Shown piece by piece: positions 18,942-28,347 of a stretch of DNA of 64,000 bases. The stretch's first letter is position 1, and every line of letters starts with the position of its first letter. The position numbers were made by a program, and so were the translations under genes. The DNA is from an uncultured Planctomycetaceae bacterium (lineage in GTDB: Bacteria; Planctomycetota; Planctomycetia; Pirellulales; Pirellulaceae), in assembly GCA_963803365.1 (NCBI GenBank), contig CAWDMH010000011.1:198539-262538 (forward strand), given 5' to 3'. Below the pieces are notes generated by a model, which was given only the letters and a program-made list of their open reading frames with translations, ran no database searches and had not been told where the DNA came from.

Positions 18942-19627
18942 GGCTCGGAATAATGGGTCCGGAATTGTTGAAGCGAAATCGGCTGGAATCGCGCGCGGTC
19001 ACCGACGGCGAATAAACTATGCGGAGTTGCAAACGCGTCAAAAAGCTTCAGCGGCGTGCGGCCAATAATCTGCCAGCCACCCGGAGATGCGTTCGGGTAA
19101 ATCCCGGTCTGGCCGGCAGCGATCGCCACCGAACCGGCGGGCACAGACGTTCGCGGCGCGGATCGACGAGGCACATGCAGCAGAGGGTCAAGTCCCGACA
19201 AATAAGGAAAGCCGGGCGAGAAGCCAACCATGCGAACCCTGTATTCGGACCGACTGTGCAAATCGATGACTTGCTGAATTGACAGCCGAGTCGATTCGGC
19301 GACCGACGCCAGGTCCCAGGCGAACTCGACGTCATAACAAACGGGAACTTCGTGACAAACAGGTTCAGCAAACGCAACCTTGCGCGAAGCGTGCAGCGCT
19401 TCGAGAACACGATCCCGCACCCGATCAAAATCAGTCTTTCGGCGATCGAAGTGGACGGCCAATGTATCGATCGCGGGTACCGATTCAATCAAGTCGTCGC
19501 TCGTCGATTGCTCGATCCGGTTCCGACAACGAATCAAAGCCTCGAAGCATTCGGCGTCGGAAGCCGCAGAAACCCGCAGCAGCAACGCCGACTCGCCGAG
19601 CGGAAACATTGAATATTGCGGGGCCAT
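18938..19627 (-). CDS. pxpB: 5-oxoprolinase subunit B (allophanate hydrolase subunit 1 / KipI family)
   Basis: VPVCYD...YRVRMVGFSPGFPYLSGLDPLLHVPRRSAPRTSVPAGSVAIAAGQTGIYPNASPGGWQIIGRTP is the family core. Its stop overlaps the pxpC start (GTGA). Confidence 0.9.
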   Translation of the reverse strand: MAPQYSMFPLGESALLLRVSAASDAECFEALIRCRNRIEQSTSDDLIESVPAIDTLAVHFDRRKTDFDRVRDRVLEALHASRKVAFAEPVCHEVPVCYDVEFAWDLASVAESTRLSIQQVIDLHSRSEYRVRMVGFSPGFPYLSGLDPLLHVPRRSAPRTSVPAGSVAIAAGQTGIYPNASPGGWQIIGRTPLKLFDAFATPHSLFAVGDRARFQPISLQQFRTHYSEP

Positions 19628-19668
19628 TTATCGCTGCGGGATTCGCGTTGACTTCAATCGGAAACTGC

Positions 19669-20454
19669 TCAGCCTCCCAGTCCCAAGGTCGCTTGAAGGT
19701 TCAGCGGTACTTTGATCGTTTCCGACTTTTTGAAATACTTGACTTTCGCCGATTTGACGTTGTCGGCCGCGCCTTTGAATTGAAAGCCCTGGGTGCACGT
19801 CACCTGATTTCCAAAACCGAAGCTACTAGAACCTGCCCGGGACGCTTCGATTTCTTTCCCGTCATTTGTGACGAAGGTGACTGATTGAATCGTCTCAAAC
19901 GACTGGTGAGCTTCAAGCTCAACCCGGACAGATCCCTCATCGAATCCGTCCCCAACCTGAGTGATCTTGGCGTCGATGCCGCCCCATTTGACCGAAGCAG
20001 ACTCCTCCAGCTTTGCCGGAACGGTTTCTTCGGCCGGTTCGCTGCCGCAAACCAATTCGACTTCGGCCACGACTGAAATCGACGTCGCGTCTTTGGCCGG
20101 CAGGTCGCTGGAAGAAAACGGGATGGTCACCGAATGATGATCCTCCGCGATATTCGACATGAACCCAAAGTTGGAAGTGTCCATTTTGAGCTTCTTACCC
20201 GATGAATCCTTCAGCGACACATTAGGCTTGTCTTCATCTGCGATCTTAATGATGTAGTGGTCAGGTTGCAGCACCCGAACATAGACCTGCACGCCGGAAG
20301 GCATTCCTGGTACGATCGACTGTCCAAATTGGTTTGTCTTATCGGGCATGGCTACGGTCAAGCCGACGACGGTCGCTTGGTCCGATTGACCCATCAAGTC
20401 ACCGCACAATCCAGCCACGAAAATTGCCGCAATTACTGCAACACGATTGCTCAT
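19669..20454 (-). CDS. secreted hypothetical protein
   Basis: It has a signal-like N-terminus (MSNRVAVIAAIFVAGLCGDLMGQ). The 261-aa ORF is intact and beta-rich. I recognise no family. Confidence 0.6.
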   Translation of the reverse strand: MSNRVAVIAAIFVAGLCGDLMGQSDQATVVGLTVAMPDKTNQFGQSIVPGMPSGVQVYVRVLQPDHYIIKIADEDKPNVSLKDSSGKKLKMDTSNFGFMSNIAEDHHSVTIPFSSSDLPAKDATSISVVAEVELVCGSEPAEETVPAKLEESASVKWGGIDAKITQVGDGFDEGSVRVELEAHQSFETIQSVTFVTNDGKEIEASRAGSSSFGFGNQVTCTQGFQFKGAADNVKSAKVKYFKKSETIKVPLNLQATLGLGG

Positions 20455-20557
20455 ACGTTCCTCCGGTCATAAGCTAACGACGACTGCCAAAACGATCCGC
20501 CGCATCAATATACCGTCAGACCGGTTCAGTTCCTATGATCTAGCGGACTGTTGAAAA

Positions 20558-21399
20558 ATGATATCGCAAACAAAAACCACCGCTGCCGACGACCGGGAAT
20601 TGGATGTGCGTTTTGAGTACGCACAGGAAATCGTTCGTCAGGCCGGCGATTCAACACTAACCCTTTTTCAAAGCAGCGACTTGCACGTCGACCTAAAGGC
20701 CGATCGTTCGCCCGTAACGGCCGCCGACCGCAACGCTGAACAACTTTTGCGACGGGCAATCGGTCGGCGGTTTCCCGACGACGCCGTGCTGGGAGAAGAA
20801 TTCGGATCGAGCGATGGTAAAAGCGGCTTTCGCTGGGTGCTCGATCCGATTGATGGTACAAAATCGTTTATCTGCGGGGTTCCTTTGTACGGAACGATGG
20901 TCGCGGTCGAATTCGAACAGCGCTCGGTGATCGGCGTGATCTACTTTCCCGCACTGAACGAAATCGTCTATGCCGCCGACGGACGCGGATGCTTTTGGAA
21001 ATCATCCGACCACGGCGTTCGACCGGGACACGTTTCAGCCAAGTCGGTGTTGTCAGATTGCACGTTGGTGACTTCGGACGCCAAGGCCTTCGCCAAACGA
21101 AACGCAAAGAGCGCGTACGCATGCATTGAAGACCGCGTCCGATTGGCTCGCACGTGGGGAGACTGCTTCGGCTATTGCCTGGTCGCCACGGGCGCGCCGA
21201 CATCATGATCGATCCGATGCTCAAAGTCTGGGATGCGGCCGCCGCCATGCCGATCATCGAACAAGCCGGGGGCACGTTTACCGATTGGCAAGGCCACCCC
21301 AGCACCGTAAGCGGCGACGCAGTCGCAGCGAATTGCGAACTCTGGCCTCAAGTGATCGAGATCACTCGAACCGCCCCGCCATATCATTCAACCGAGTAA
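20558..21399 (+). CDS. inositol monophosphatase-family phosphatase (HisN/SuhB-like); frame break near 21193
   Basis: DRSPVTAADRNAE...VLGEEFG...WVLDPIDGTKSFICGVPLYG is in ORF 20558..21208. ..RADIMIDPMLKVWDAAAAMPIIEQAGG is in ORF 21154..21399. Confidence 0.85.
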
Positions 21400-21427
21400 C
21401 CATCGGGGACATCGGACGGTCGCCTTG

Positions 21428-21525
21428 GGATCGCTCGCAAAATAGCTTCCCGATCTTGTTGACCCGCTCATTACCTCTTCCCCAGAGGGCGAGGAATCAT
21501 GGCGAACTTATTTTGCGTGCAATCC
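21428..21525. mobile_element. MITE family B, diverged copy B3, with a TTG target duplication
   Basis: ttg at 21425-27 and ttg at 21526-28 flank ggatcgctcgcaaaatagcttc...gaacttattttgcgtgcaatcc. Confidence 0.75.
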
Positions 21526-21531
21526 TTGGTC

Positions 21532-22020
21532 CTAAAGCGCGTCGTTCCGGTTCGATGCCATTGGTCCCGTCGAACCCGGCGCCAGTTGTGGTTCCCCTAC
21601 GCGGCCGAACGAATCACAATGCCGTCCGCAATACCCGTTGTCGATCCGCACGTTGGGAAGCAGCTTGACATCGGCCAGGCAATCCAACCGCGAAGCGAGG
21701 TGCTGCTCGCATCGTGGTTGCAAAGGGAACGATTCGCGTTCATTGATATGCGAATGGCCGGCCAATGGCCTCGGCCAATAGACGCTGGTCTCTGGATGAC
21801 GTGCGGCAAGTCCGCAGTCGCGGCAGCCAGGCACCCGATCGACGTAGGGCTTTCCGCCGAGCCCTGGGATTCTCCCAAGCCCACAAGGTCCGACGCACGA
21901 AAACGGCCGTTGACAAGTGCCACATCCGGCTTCCGTACCGCGGCCCAATTGTGCTCTGACTTCGCCGGACACGAAGCCAAACGCGATCAACAGGACGCTC
22001 AATCGTATTGCGTGATGCAT
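21532..22020 (-). CDS. secreted Cys-rich hypothetical protein
   Basis: A signal peptide follows the ATG at 22020 (MHHAIRLSVLLIAFGFVSGEVRAQ), and there are many Cys residues. The ORF stops just outside MITE B3. Confidence 0.5.
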   Translation of the reverse strand: MHHAIRLSVLLIAFGFVSGEVRAQLGRGTEAGCGTCQRPFSCVGPCGLGRIPGLGGKPYVDRVPGCRDCGLAARHPETSVYWPRPLAGHSHINERESFPLQPRCEQHLASRLDCLADVKLLPNVRIDNGYCGRHCDSFGRVGEPQLAPGSTGPMASNRNDAL

Positions 22021-22279
22021 CGTGGAAATCGTTGAAGAGTTGCGATCCAAATAGGTGGTCGGCTCGGACCAACCGACCCAGATCATCTGTCTATTTCGAC
22101 GAGCACGCTGTCATGCTTGCGACAGACATGGTCCAATCGATCATTCAAGATCAACCCAGTGAGTGATTCGACGAATCTTCCGAAACGGCAAACTGCCGCG
22201 AGTTTGCTGGTTATTTGCGCGATTTGGAGTACCTTAAGCGGTTGGTGATTTCATTGGACAATCTGCGTGGGAACCAAAG

Positions 22280-23737
22280 ATGAAGTGGGTGTTTGTCGCG
22301 TTTGCGGGTGTGTGTGTCTTTCCGTTCCTTGCCGGATGCCAAAACGATCGTTTTGCTACGGCGGCTTACTTGCTGAAGCTTCGCGAACTGGAGGCGAAGA
22401 TCGAAAAGCAAGACCAGCGTCTGGAACGTATCGAAGCCGAATTGAAGCGAGTGGCTGGACGGTCGTCGGCCGGATCACCTGCGAATACAAATGACAATTC
22501 AGCGGCGTTACCTGGAGCGTCCCAAGTCGCCGAGGCAGGATTGTCCGACGCGGAGAAGACCGCTCAAGCTACGCTGGAGAACGCCGGCGCTTTGCTAGAA
22601 AAGAACGGCAACGGGTTTGTGACGAGCGTCGACCTGTCGGATGCGATCGTCGATGCGGATTGCCTGACGGCGCTGCGGCAACAGAGTCAGCTTCAGAGCA
22701 TCGCGGCCAGCGGCGAAGAGATCGATGACGCACTGGTCGAATGTGTTTCGCAGATTCCAACGCTAGAAGAAATCAGCTTCGAAAAATCGACGTTGACCGG
22801 CGAATCCTTCGACCGGCTCGCCAAGCTTCCACAACTAAAGACGCTGCAACTGTTTCGTTCCAGCGTCAGCGACGACGACTTGGCGACCCTCAGTCGATTT
22901 CCCAGCCTGGAACAAATCCGCGTGGGGCAAACGACGATCGGCGACGACGGACTGTCTCACTTAAAAGACATGCAGAATCTCGCCGCTTTGGACTTGAGCG
23001 ACTGCAACCGCGTTTCCGATGCCGGGCTCGAATACCTGACCGGTTTGTCCAAGCTGAAATTCATCAAGGTTTGGGGGCCGCAGATTTCCGACGCAGGCAT
23101 GGCGACGTTGGCCAAGATTCCTTCGTTAGAGGTGGTCAGCGCTAACGACACGCGGATCACCGACGCCGGCGTACAACATCTAGCCTCCCTCAACAAACTG
23201 AAGGAGTTTTCCGCAACGAGGACGCAGATCGGCGATCCCAGCCTCGCCGTTTTCGGCAGCCTTCCGAATATGTCGATCTTGCGAGTTCGGGACGCCCACA
23301 TTTCCGACGACGGCATCCGCTCGCTTCGGAATTGTCACTTGACTGTCCTCGACCTCAGCGAAACGGGCACGCCGGGAATCGGACCGGACGGCATGGAAAC
23401 ACTTCGCCAGATCGAAAGCTTAAGCGAGCTCAACCTTTGGTCGACGACGGTTGATGACCAATGCATCGAGAAACTGGCCGGCCATCCGGGCCTGTCCTGG
23501 CTCGATCTGGATAATACCAAGATCACCAACGATTGCCTTGCCACCCTGGCCACGCTACCCAAGCTGATTTGGTTGCACGTCGGCTCGACCATCGTCGACG
23601 ACAATGCGATCGACGCGCTGCTGAATCTGCCGCACCTGAAGACCTTGAACATCCGCCAGTCACGGATTTCCGAAGCCGGATTCAAAAAATTGCAAGACGC
23701 TTTCGAAGCTCGTGGCGGGCAAGTGGTTGGGCCGTGA
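22280..23737 (+). CDS. leucine-rich-repeat lipoprotein
   Basis: There is a lipobox (VFPFLAGCQ). About 24-aa LRR units recur (L..L..L.L....I.D.GL..L), for example LKTLQLFRSSVSDDDLATLSRFPSLEQIRVGQTTIGDDGLSHL. Confidence 0.8.
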   Translation: MKWVFVAFAGVCVFPFLAGCQNDRFATAAYLLKLRELEAKIEKQDQRLERIEAELKRVAGRSSAGSPANTNDNSAALPGASQVAEAGLSDAEKTAQATLENAGALLEKNGNGFVTSVDLSDAIVDADCLTALRQQSQLQSIAASGEEIDDALVECVSQIPTLEEISFEKSTLTGESFDRLAKLPQLKTLQLFRSSVSDDDLATLSRFPSLEQIRVGQTTIGDDGLSHLKDMQNLAALDLSDCNRVSDAGLEYLTGLSKLKFIKVWGPQISDAGMATLAKIPSLEVVSANDTRITDAGVQHLASLNKLKEFSATRTQIGDPSLAVFGSLPNMSILRVRDAHISDDGIRSLRNCHLTVLDLSETGTPGIGPDGMETLRQIESLSELNLWSTTVDDQCIEKLAGHPGLSWLDLDNTKITNDCLATLATLPKLIWLHVGSTIVDDNAIDALLNLPHLKTLNIRQSRISEAGFKKLQDAFEARGGQVVGP

Positions 23738-23836
23738 CGGAAGAAGACCTTGATCCGGCGACAATTTACCTGTGGGCTGCCAATGGGTCAGGGCGAGCAA
23801 CGGAAGCCCCGGATCCGTGGGATGACGGCTGGAACT

Positions 23837-24677
23837 ATGAGCTCATTTTCCGCGCGAACATCAGTAGATACGCTTGATGATCCATTGTTGGAGCCCTACC
23901 GTAATCTCAAACGCACCAATCGAACGCGCGATTGTGACTGGTTTGTGGCCGAAGGACGTTGGGTCGTGGAGCGGCTGCTGGAAAGCGATTACGAGGTCCT
24001 CTCGGTGGTCCTTGGCGATCAAGCAGCCAATTCTCTGGCTGCAACCATCCCTGCCCACGTACCAGTGCTGCGACTTTCTCGAACCCTCGTATCGCAGTTG
24101 GTCGGTTTCGACTTTCATTCGGGGATTATCGCCTGTGGTCGCCGCGTTCGACGACACCAAATCAGCTCGATCACACCTCGGCCAAATCAATCGCCGGCCA
24201 CGGTCGTCGTTTGTCCGAACACGGTGTTGCCCGACAATCTCGGTTCGATCGTGCGGCTGTGCTCCGCCTTTGGAGCGACCGCGTTGATCGTCGGCGAACA
24301 AATGCGCCGATCCATTTTCGCGCCGCGTTGTCCGAGTTTCGATGGGAAACATCTTTCGTTTACCGATTGTAGAACCGCCGTCGGTCTCCGATGCACTTCA
24401 CGAGCTCAAGCACGATTACGGATTCCACTTGGTTGCAGCGACCGAGACCGCGACCGAAAATCTACTGCCGATGCCAAGACCGGCTAACCGGCTGGCCATC
24501 GTCGTGGGAAACGAGGCACACGGATTGACCGAGGAATTGTTGGGCCTTTGCGATCGGCGCGTCGCCATCCCGATGTCCGGTGCTACCGACTCGTTGAACG
24601 TCGCTCAAGCCACGGCGGTGTTGTTGTACCAGTTCACTCGTGTCAGCCCGGCATGCCCACCGCTACACCATGAATGA
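23837..24677 (+). CDS. TrmH/SpoU-family RNA 2'-O-methyltransferase; frame break near 24298
   Basis: DDPLLEPYRNLK...FVAEGRWVVERLL...PDNLGSIVRLCSAFGATALIVGE is in ORF 23750..24487. A third frame reads KCADPFSRRVVRVSMGNIFRLPIV and leads into ORF 24342..24677 (..IVVGNEAHGLT...IPMSGATDSLNVAQATAVLLY). Confidence 0.85.
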
Positions 24678-24898
24678 TGAAACGGGCACAAGTGATATAA
24701 ACTGAGAGGATCGGCCCCCGGTTCGATCCAACGACGGCGCGAAATGGTGTTGGACCCTTGACGTTTTATCGCAATCCGATCTCCGTCGGGCTTGACCCGG
24801 CGGGATCACGACTGGTCAGCTACCAGAGGCGGCCCTCAATCAACAAGCCCTTATCTTGAGTGTCGTCCTAAATCGAGTTGCCGCAAAGGCCCGGTTCC

Positions 24899-27800
24899 AT
24901 GAAGTACGCCGAATTATACTGCAAGTCGAACTTCTCCTTTCTCACCGGTGCGTCGCATGCGGACGAATTAGTCGGGCGGGCCGTTGAATTAGGATATTCG
25001 GCGTTGGCAATCACCGACGAGAACAGCCTTGCCGGCGTCGTTCGGGCTTATGCCGCCGCCAGGCAGTCGCCCTTGAAGTTGATCGTTGGGGCGGAAATTC
25101 ATTTGCAAGATGCTCACAGCGTCGTTCTGTGGGCGACCGACCGGCCCTCGTATGGGAGATTGTCTAGATTGCTGACGGTGGGGCGGCGTCGCGCTCCCAA
25201 AGGCGAATCCATCTTGCGATTTGACGACCTGCTCGACGACACCGCTGGTTTATTGGCGGGCATTGTCCCTACGCAGGCAGATTTATCCGGTGCGTCTTTC
25301 GACTCCGAGGACGGCTCCAACAAATTACAGGGGATTTCCGAGTTGCGTGAGGTCTTCGCCGACCGAGCCTACCTGCTGGCGTGTCTGTACCACGAATCGG
25401 ACGACGGATTGCAGTTGGCAAGACTACAACAGCTTTCGCGGCGAGTTGATGTGCCGTTGGTCGCTGCCTGTGACGTCCTGTATCACACGCCCGCCCGCAT
25501 GCCGCTGCACGATGTGTTAACGGCGATCAAGCATCAGACGACGGTCGCCGACGCCGGCCACTTGCTGCAGCCGAACGCACAACGCTACCTGCATTCGATC
25601 GCCGATCGAGTCCGACAGTTTGCCGAAGCGCCGGGCGCCATCGACCGAACCTTGGAAATCGCTGACCGCTGCAATTTTTGCCTCAGCCAATTGCGTTATG
25701 AATACCCGCACGAATTGGCGCCCGCAGGGCAAGCGCCGATCGAATACTTGCGGCATTTGACGTGGACCGGCGCCGAGGGCCGATACCCGGCGGGCGTTCC
25801 GGAAAAGGTCCGACGGCAACTCGAACACGAACTGGCGTTGATCGATGACCTTTGCTACGAAGCTTATTTTCTGACAGTTTGGGATCTGGTGCGGTTTGCG
25901 CGAAGTCGCGAGATACTTTGCCAAGGCCGAGGCTCGGCGGCGAATTCTGCCGTTTGCTACTGCCTGGGCGTGACGTCGGTCGATCCGAACGCCGCCGAAC
26001 TGTTGTTCGAACGATTCATCAGCCGCGAGCGAAATGAGGCTCCCGACATCGACGTCGACTTCGAACACGAGCGGCGCGAAGAGGTCCTGCAGTATCTCTA
26101 CCAGAAGTACGGGCGAGAGCGGGCTGGCCTGACTGCGACAGTCATTACGTATCGCAGCCGCAGTGCGATCCGCGACGTCGGCAAGGCGCTCGGTTTCTCC
26201 CTGGATCGCGTCGATTCGCTGGCCAAGCAGTGCGACGGCTATCACAACGTCGACAACCTGCCGGAACTTTGCCGACTCGGCGGGATCGATCCGCAGGTGC
26301 GTACCGGCTACCACTTTTGCCATTTGGTTAACGAGTTGCTTGGCTTTCCGCGGCATCTTTCACAGCACGTCGGCGGAATGGTCATTACGCGCGGACGGCT
26401 CGACGAACTCGCGCCGATTGAAAACGCGGCGATGGACGAACGCACCGTGATTCAATGGGACAAAAATGACCTGGAAGAGCTGGGGATTCTCAAAGTCGAC
26501 TGTCTCTGCCTGGGCATGCTGAGTGCGATCCGCAAGTGTTTTCAGTTGGTCGAGCGGCATTGGAATCGGCGTCTTTGCCTGGCGAGTATCCCCGGCGAGG
26601 ACACCCAGGTTTACGACATGATCTGCGCGGCCGATACGGTCGGCGTGTTCCAAATCGAAAGCCGCGGCCAAATGAGCATGCTGCCCCGGCTCAAGCCGCG
26701 GACCTGGTACGACCTGGTGATCGAAGTGGCCATCGTCCGCCCCGGTCCGATCCAAGGCAATATGGTTCACCCGTACTTGCGACGGCGAGCCGGGTTGGAG
26801 CCGGAGACTTATCCCAACGAGGAAATCCGCGACGTGTTGCACCGCACCCTCGGCGTGCCGATCTTTCAAGAGCAAGCGATGAAACTGGCGATCGTGGCGG
26901 CCGGATTCACGCCCGGCGAAGCCGATCAGTTGCGGCGGGCCATGGGGGCCTGGCGAAAGACCGGTGTGATCGAAAAGTTCCGCGACAAGCTGATGACGGG
27001 CATGCGGGCCAAGGGCCTCGGCGACGAATTCGCCGAGCAAGTCTTTCGTCAAATCCGCGGCTTCGGCGAGTACGGTTTTCCCGAATCGCACGCGGCGAGC
27101 TTTGCGCTACTGGTTTATGTTTCGGCCTGGCTGAAGTATTACTTTCCGGCGGCCTTCACCGCATCGATCATCAACAGTTTGCCGATGGGCTTCTACGCGC
27201 CGGCCCAACTCGTCGCCGATGTTCGGCGGCACGGAGTCGAAGCGCGGCCAGTCGACGTCAATCACAGCGATTGGGATTGCACGTTGGAAAAAAACGGCGG
27301 CCAATGGGCGCTGCGACTGGGCTTGCGAATGATTTCGGGCTTGCCGTCGGCGGTAGGTCAGTTGATCGTCGCGGCTCGACAAGCGGGGCCCTTTGAGACT
27401 CAAGCCGACTTTGCCCGGCGAACGAAACTGGGACAGGCTCCGCTGACTCGCCTCAGCGACGCCGACGCTTTCGGTTCGCTCGATCAGGATCGACGAGCCG
27501 CTCTCTGGCAAGCTCTAGGGCAAGACAAACAGCCACTCGATCAACCGTTGTTTTCAGAGTTAACGTCGGAAGACGACGACCGCGCGCCGCTCCCCGATTT
27601 GACGCCGATCGAACAAGTCTTTGCCGATTATCGCGCGACCGGTCTCTCGCTCAAAGCTCATCCGCTGTCGTTCTATCGCGAATCCTTGCGGCAAGCCAAA
27701 GTCGTGGCCGCGGCGGAATTATCGAACGTGCCCGACGGCCGTTATACTCGAATCGGCGGATTGGTCATTCTGCGACAACGCCCTAGCACGGCCAAAGGGA

Positions 27801-28021
27801 TCACGTTTGTCACCTTGGAGGATGAATCGGGCACCGCGAATCTCGTGGTCAAGCCGGAGATTTGGCAGCGCTACAAGACCCTCTGTCGCACGAGTGCTGC
27901 TTGGATCGCACACGGCAAATTGGAAAAGCGTAGCGGCGTGATCCACCTCGTCGTCCAGCGCCTGGAAGACCTAGCCCAAGTCCTATCCACCCTCCGCCAA
28001 AAATCGCGCGACTTCCGCTAA
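24899..28021 (+). CDS. dnaE2: error-prone DNA polymerase III alpha-like subunit DnaE2 (ImuC)
   Basis: The N-terminus is MKYAELYCKSNFSFLTGASHADELVGRAVELGYSALAITDENSLAGVVRA. The length is about 1040 aa. It has PHP and polymerase-core motifs (..GRGSAANSAVCYCLGVTSVDP.., ..IDVDFEH..) and a C-terminal OB segment. The ORF is intact. Confidence 0.9.
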   Translation: MKYAELYCKSNFSFLTGASHADELVGRAVELGYSALAITDENSLAGVVRAYAAARQSPLKLIVGAEIHLQDAHSVVLWATDRPSYGRLSRLLTVGRRRAPKGESILRFDDLLDDTAGLLAGIVPTQADLSGASFDSEDGSNKLQGISELREVFADRAYLLACLYHESDDGLQLARLQQLSRRVDVPLVAACDVLYHTPARMPLHDVLTAIKHQTTVADAGHLLQPNAQRYLHSIADRVRQFAEAPGAIDRTLEIADRCNFCLSQLRYEYPHELAPAGQAPIEYLRHLTWTGAEGRYPAGVPEKVRRQLEHELALIDDLCYEAYFLTVWDLVRFARSREILCQGRGSAANSAVCYCLGVTSVDPNAAELLFERFISRERNEAPDIDVDFEHERREEVLQYLYQKYGRERAGLTATVITYRSRSAIRDVGKALGFSLDRVDSLAKQCDGYHNVDNLPELCRLGGIDPQVRTGYHFCHLVNELLGFPRHLSQHVGGMVITRGRLDELAPIENAAMDERTVIQWDKNDLEELGILKVDCLCLGMLSAIRKCFQLVERHWNRRLCLASIPGEDTQVYDMICAADTVGVFQIESRGQMSMLPRLKPRTWYDLVIEVAIVRPGPIQGNMVHPYLRRRAGLEPETYPNEEIRDVLHRTLGVPIFQEQAMKLAIVAAGFTPGEADQLRRAMGAWRKTGVIEKFRDKLMTGMRAKGLGDEFAEQVFRQIRGFGEYGFPESHAASFALLVYVSAWLKYYFPAAFTASIINSLPMGFYAPAQLVADVRRHGVEARPVDVNHSDWDCTLEKNGGQWALRLGLRMISGLPSAVGQLIVAARQAGPFETQADFARRTKLGQAPLTRLSDADAFGSLDQDRRAALWQALGQDKQPLDQPLFSELTSEDDDRAPLPDLTPIEQVFADYRATGLSLKAHPLSFYRESLRQAKVVAAAELSNVPDGRYTRIGGLVILRQRPSTAKGITFVTLEDESGTANLVVKPEIWQRYKTLCRTSAAWIAHGKLEKRSGVIHLVVQRLEDLAQVLSTLRQKSRDFR

Positions 28022-28347
28022 AAGGGGACGCAGCTCTTTTTGATACTGCGGATTGAATCGCTACACCATTATTTGAGCCATGTTTTACCTAGGACATTAT
28101 ATTCCTCCGCGTGATGGCTATGACATGGTTCATTATTATGTGTGTTACGGACGCCTGATAAACGCAGCGTGTTTGACGTACTACGGCTGCATATCGATCC
28201 GAAATTCATATCCATCGGTGCTGAGGAAGAGAATGTCGGCAAGCAGGTAGCATTCATACCTGATTGAGCAGTTTCAAAAAGTATAAGGGCTTGAAGAGAA
28301 GGCGCAACTCCTTTCATACGTTCGATAAAGAGCTGCGTCCCCTTTTA
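28019..28347. mobile_element. AT-rich ~290-bp insert bounded by perfect 21-bp inverted repeats (TAAAAGGGGACGCAGCTCTTT), lying exactly between two convergent stop codons
   Basis: 28019-28039 is the reverse complement of 28327-28347. The dnaE2 TAA (28019-21) and the sulfatase TAA (28345-47, minus strand) lie inside the repeats. The interior is visibly AT-richer than its surroundings and holds only short ORFs (28080..28250 +, 28069..28317 -). Confidence 0.7.

Noticed and set aside
24715-24740. GGTTCGATCC, resembling a tRNA T-arm, in the trmH-dnaE2 spacer (and a similar GGTTCGAACC at about 30178)
   Set aside because: The flanking bases do not form a T-stem, and no acceptor or anticodon arms can be drawn. 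It is not a tRNA.
25517-27511. Several long ORFs inside dnaE2 (25517..26356 -, 26360..27091 -, 26536..27396 +, 27107..27511 -)
   Set aside because: They are alternative-frame or antisense shadows of an intact, strongly conserved 1040-aa polymerase gene. Their composition is Arg/Gly/Pro-biased.
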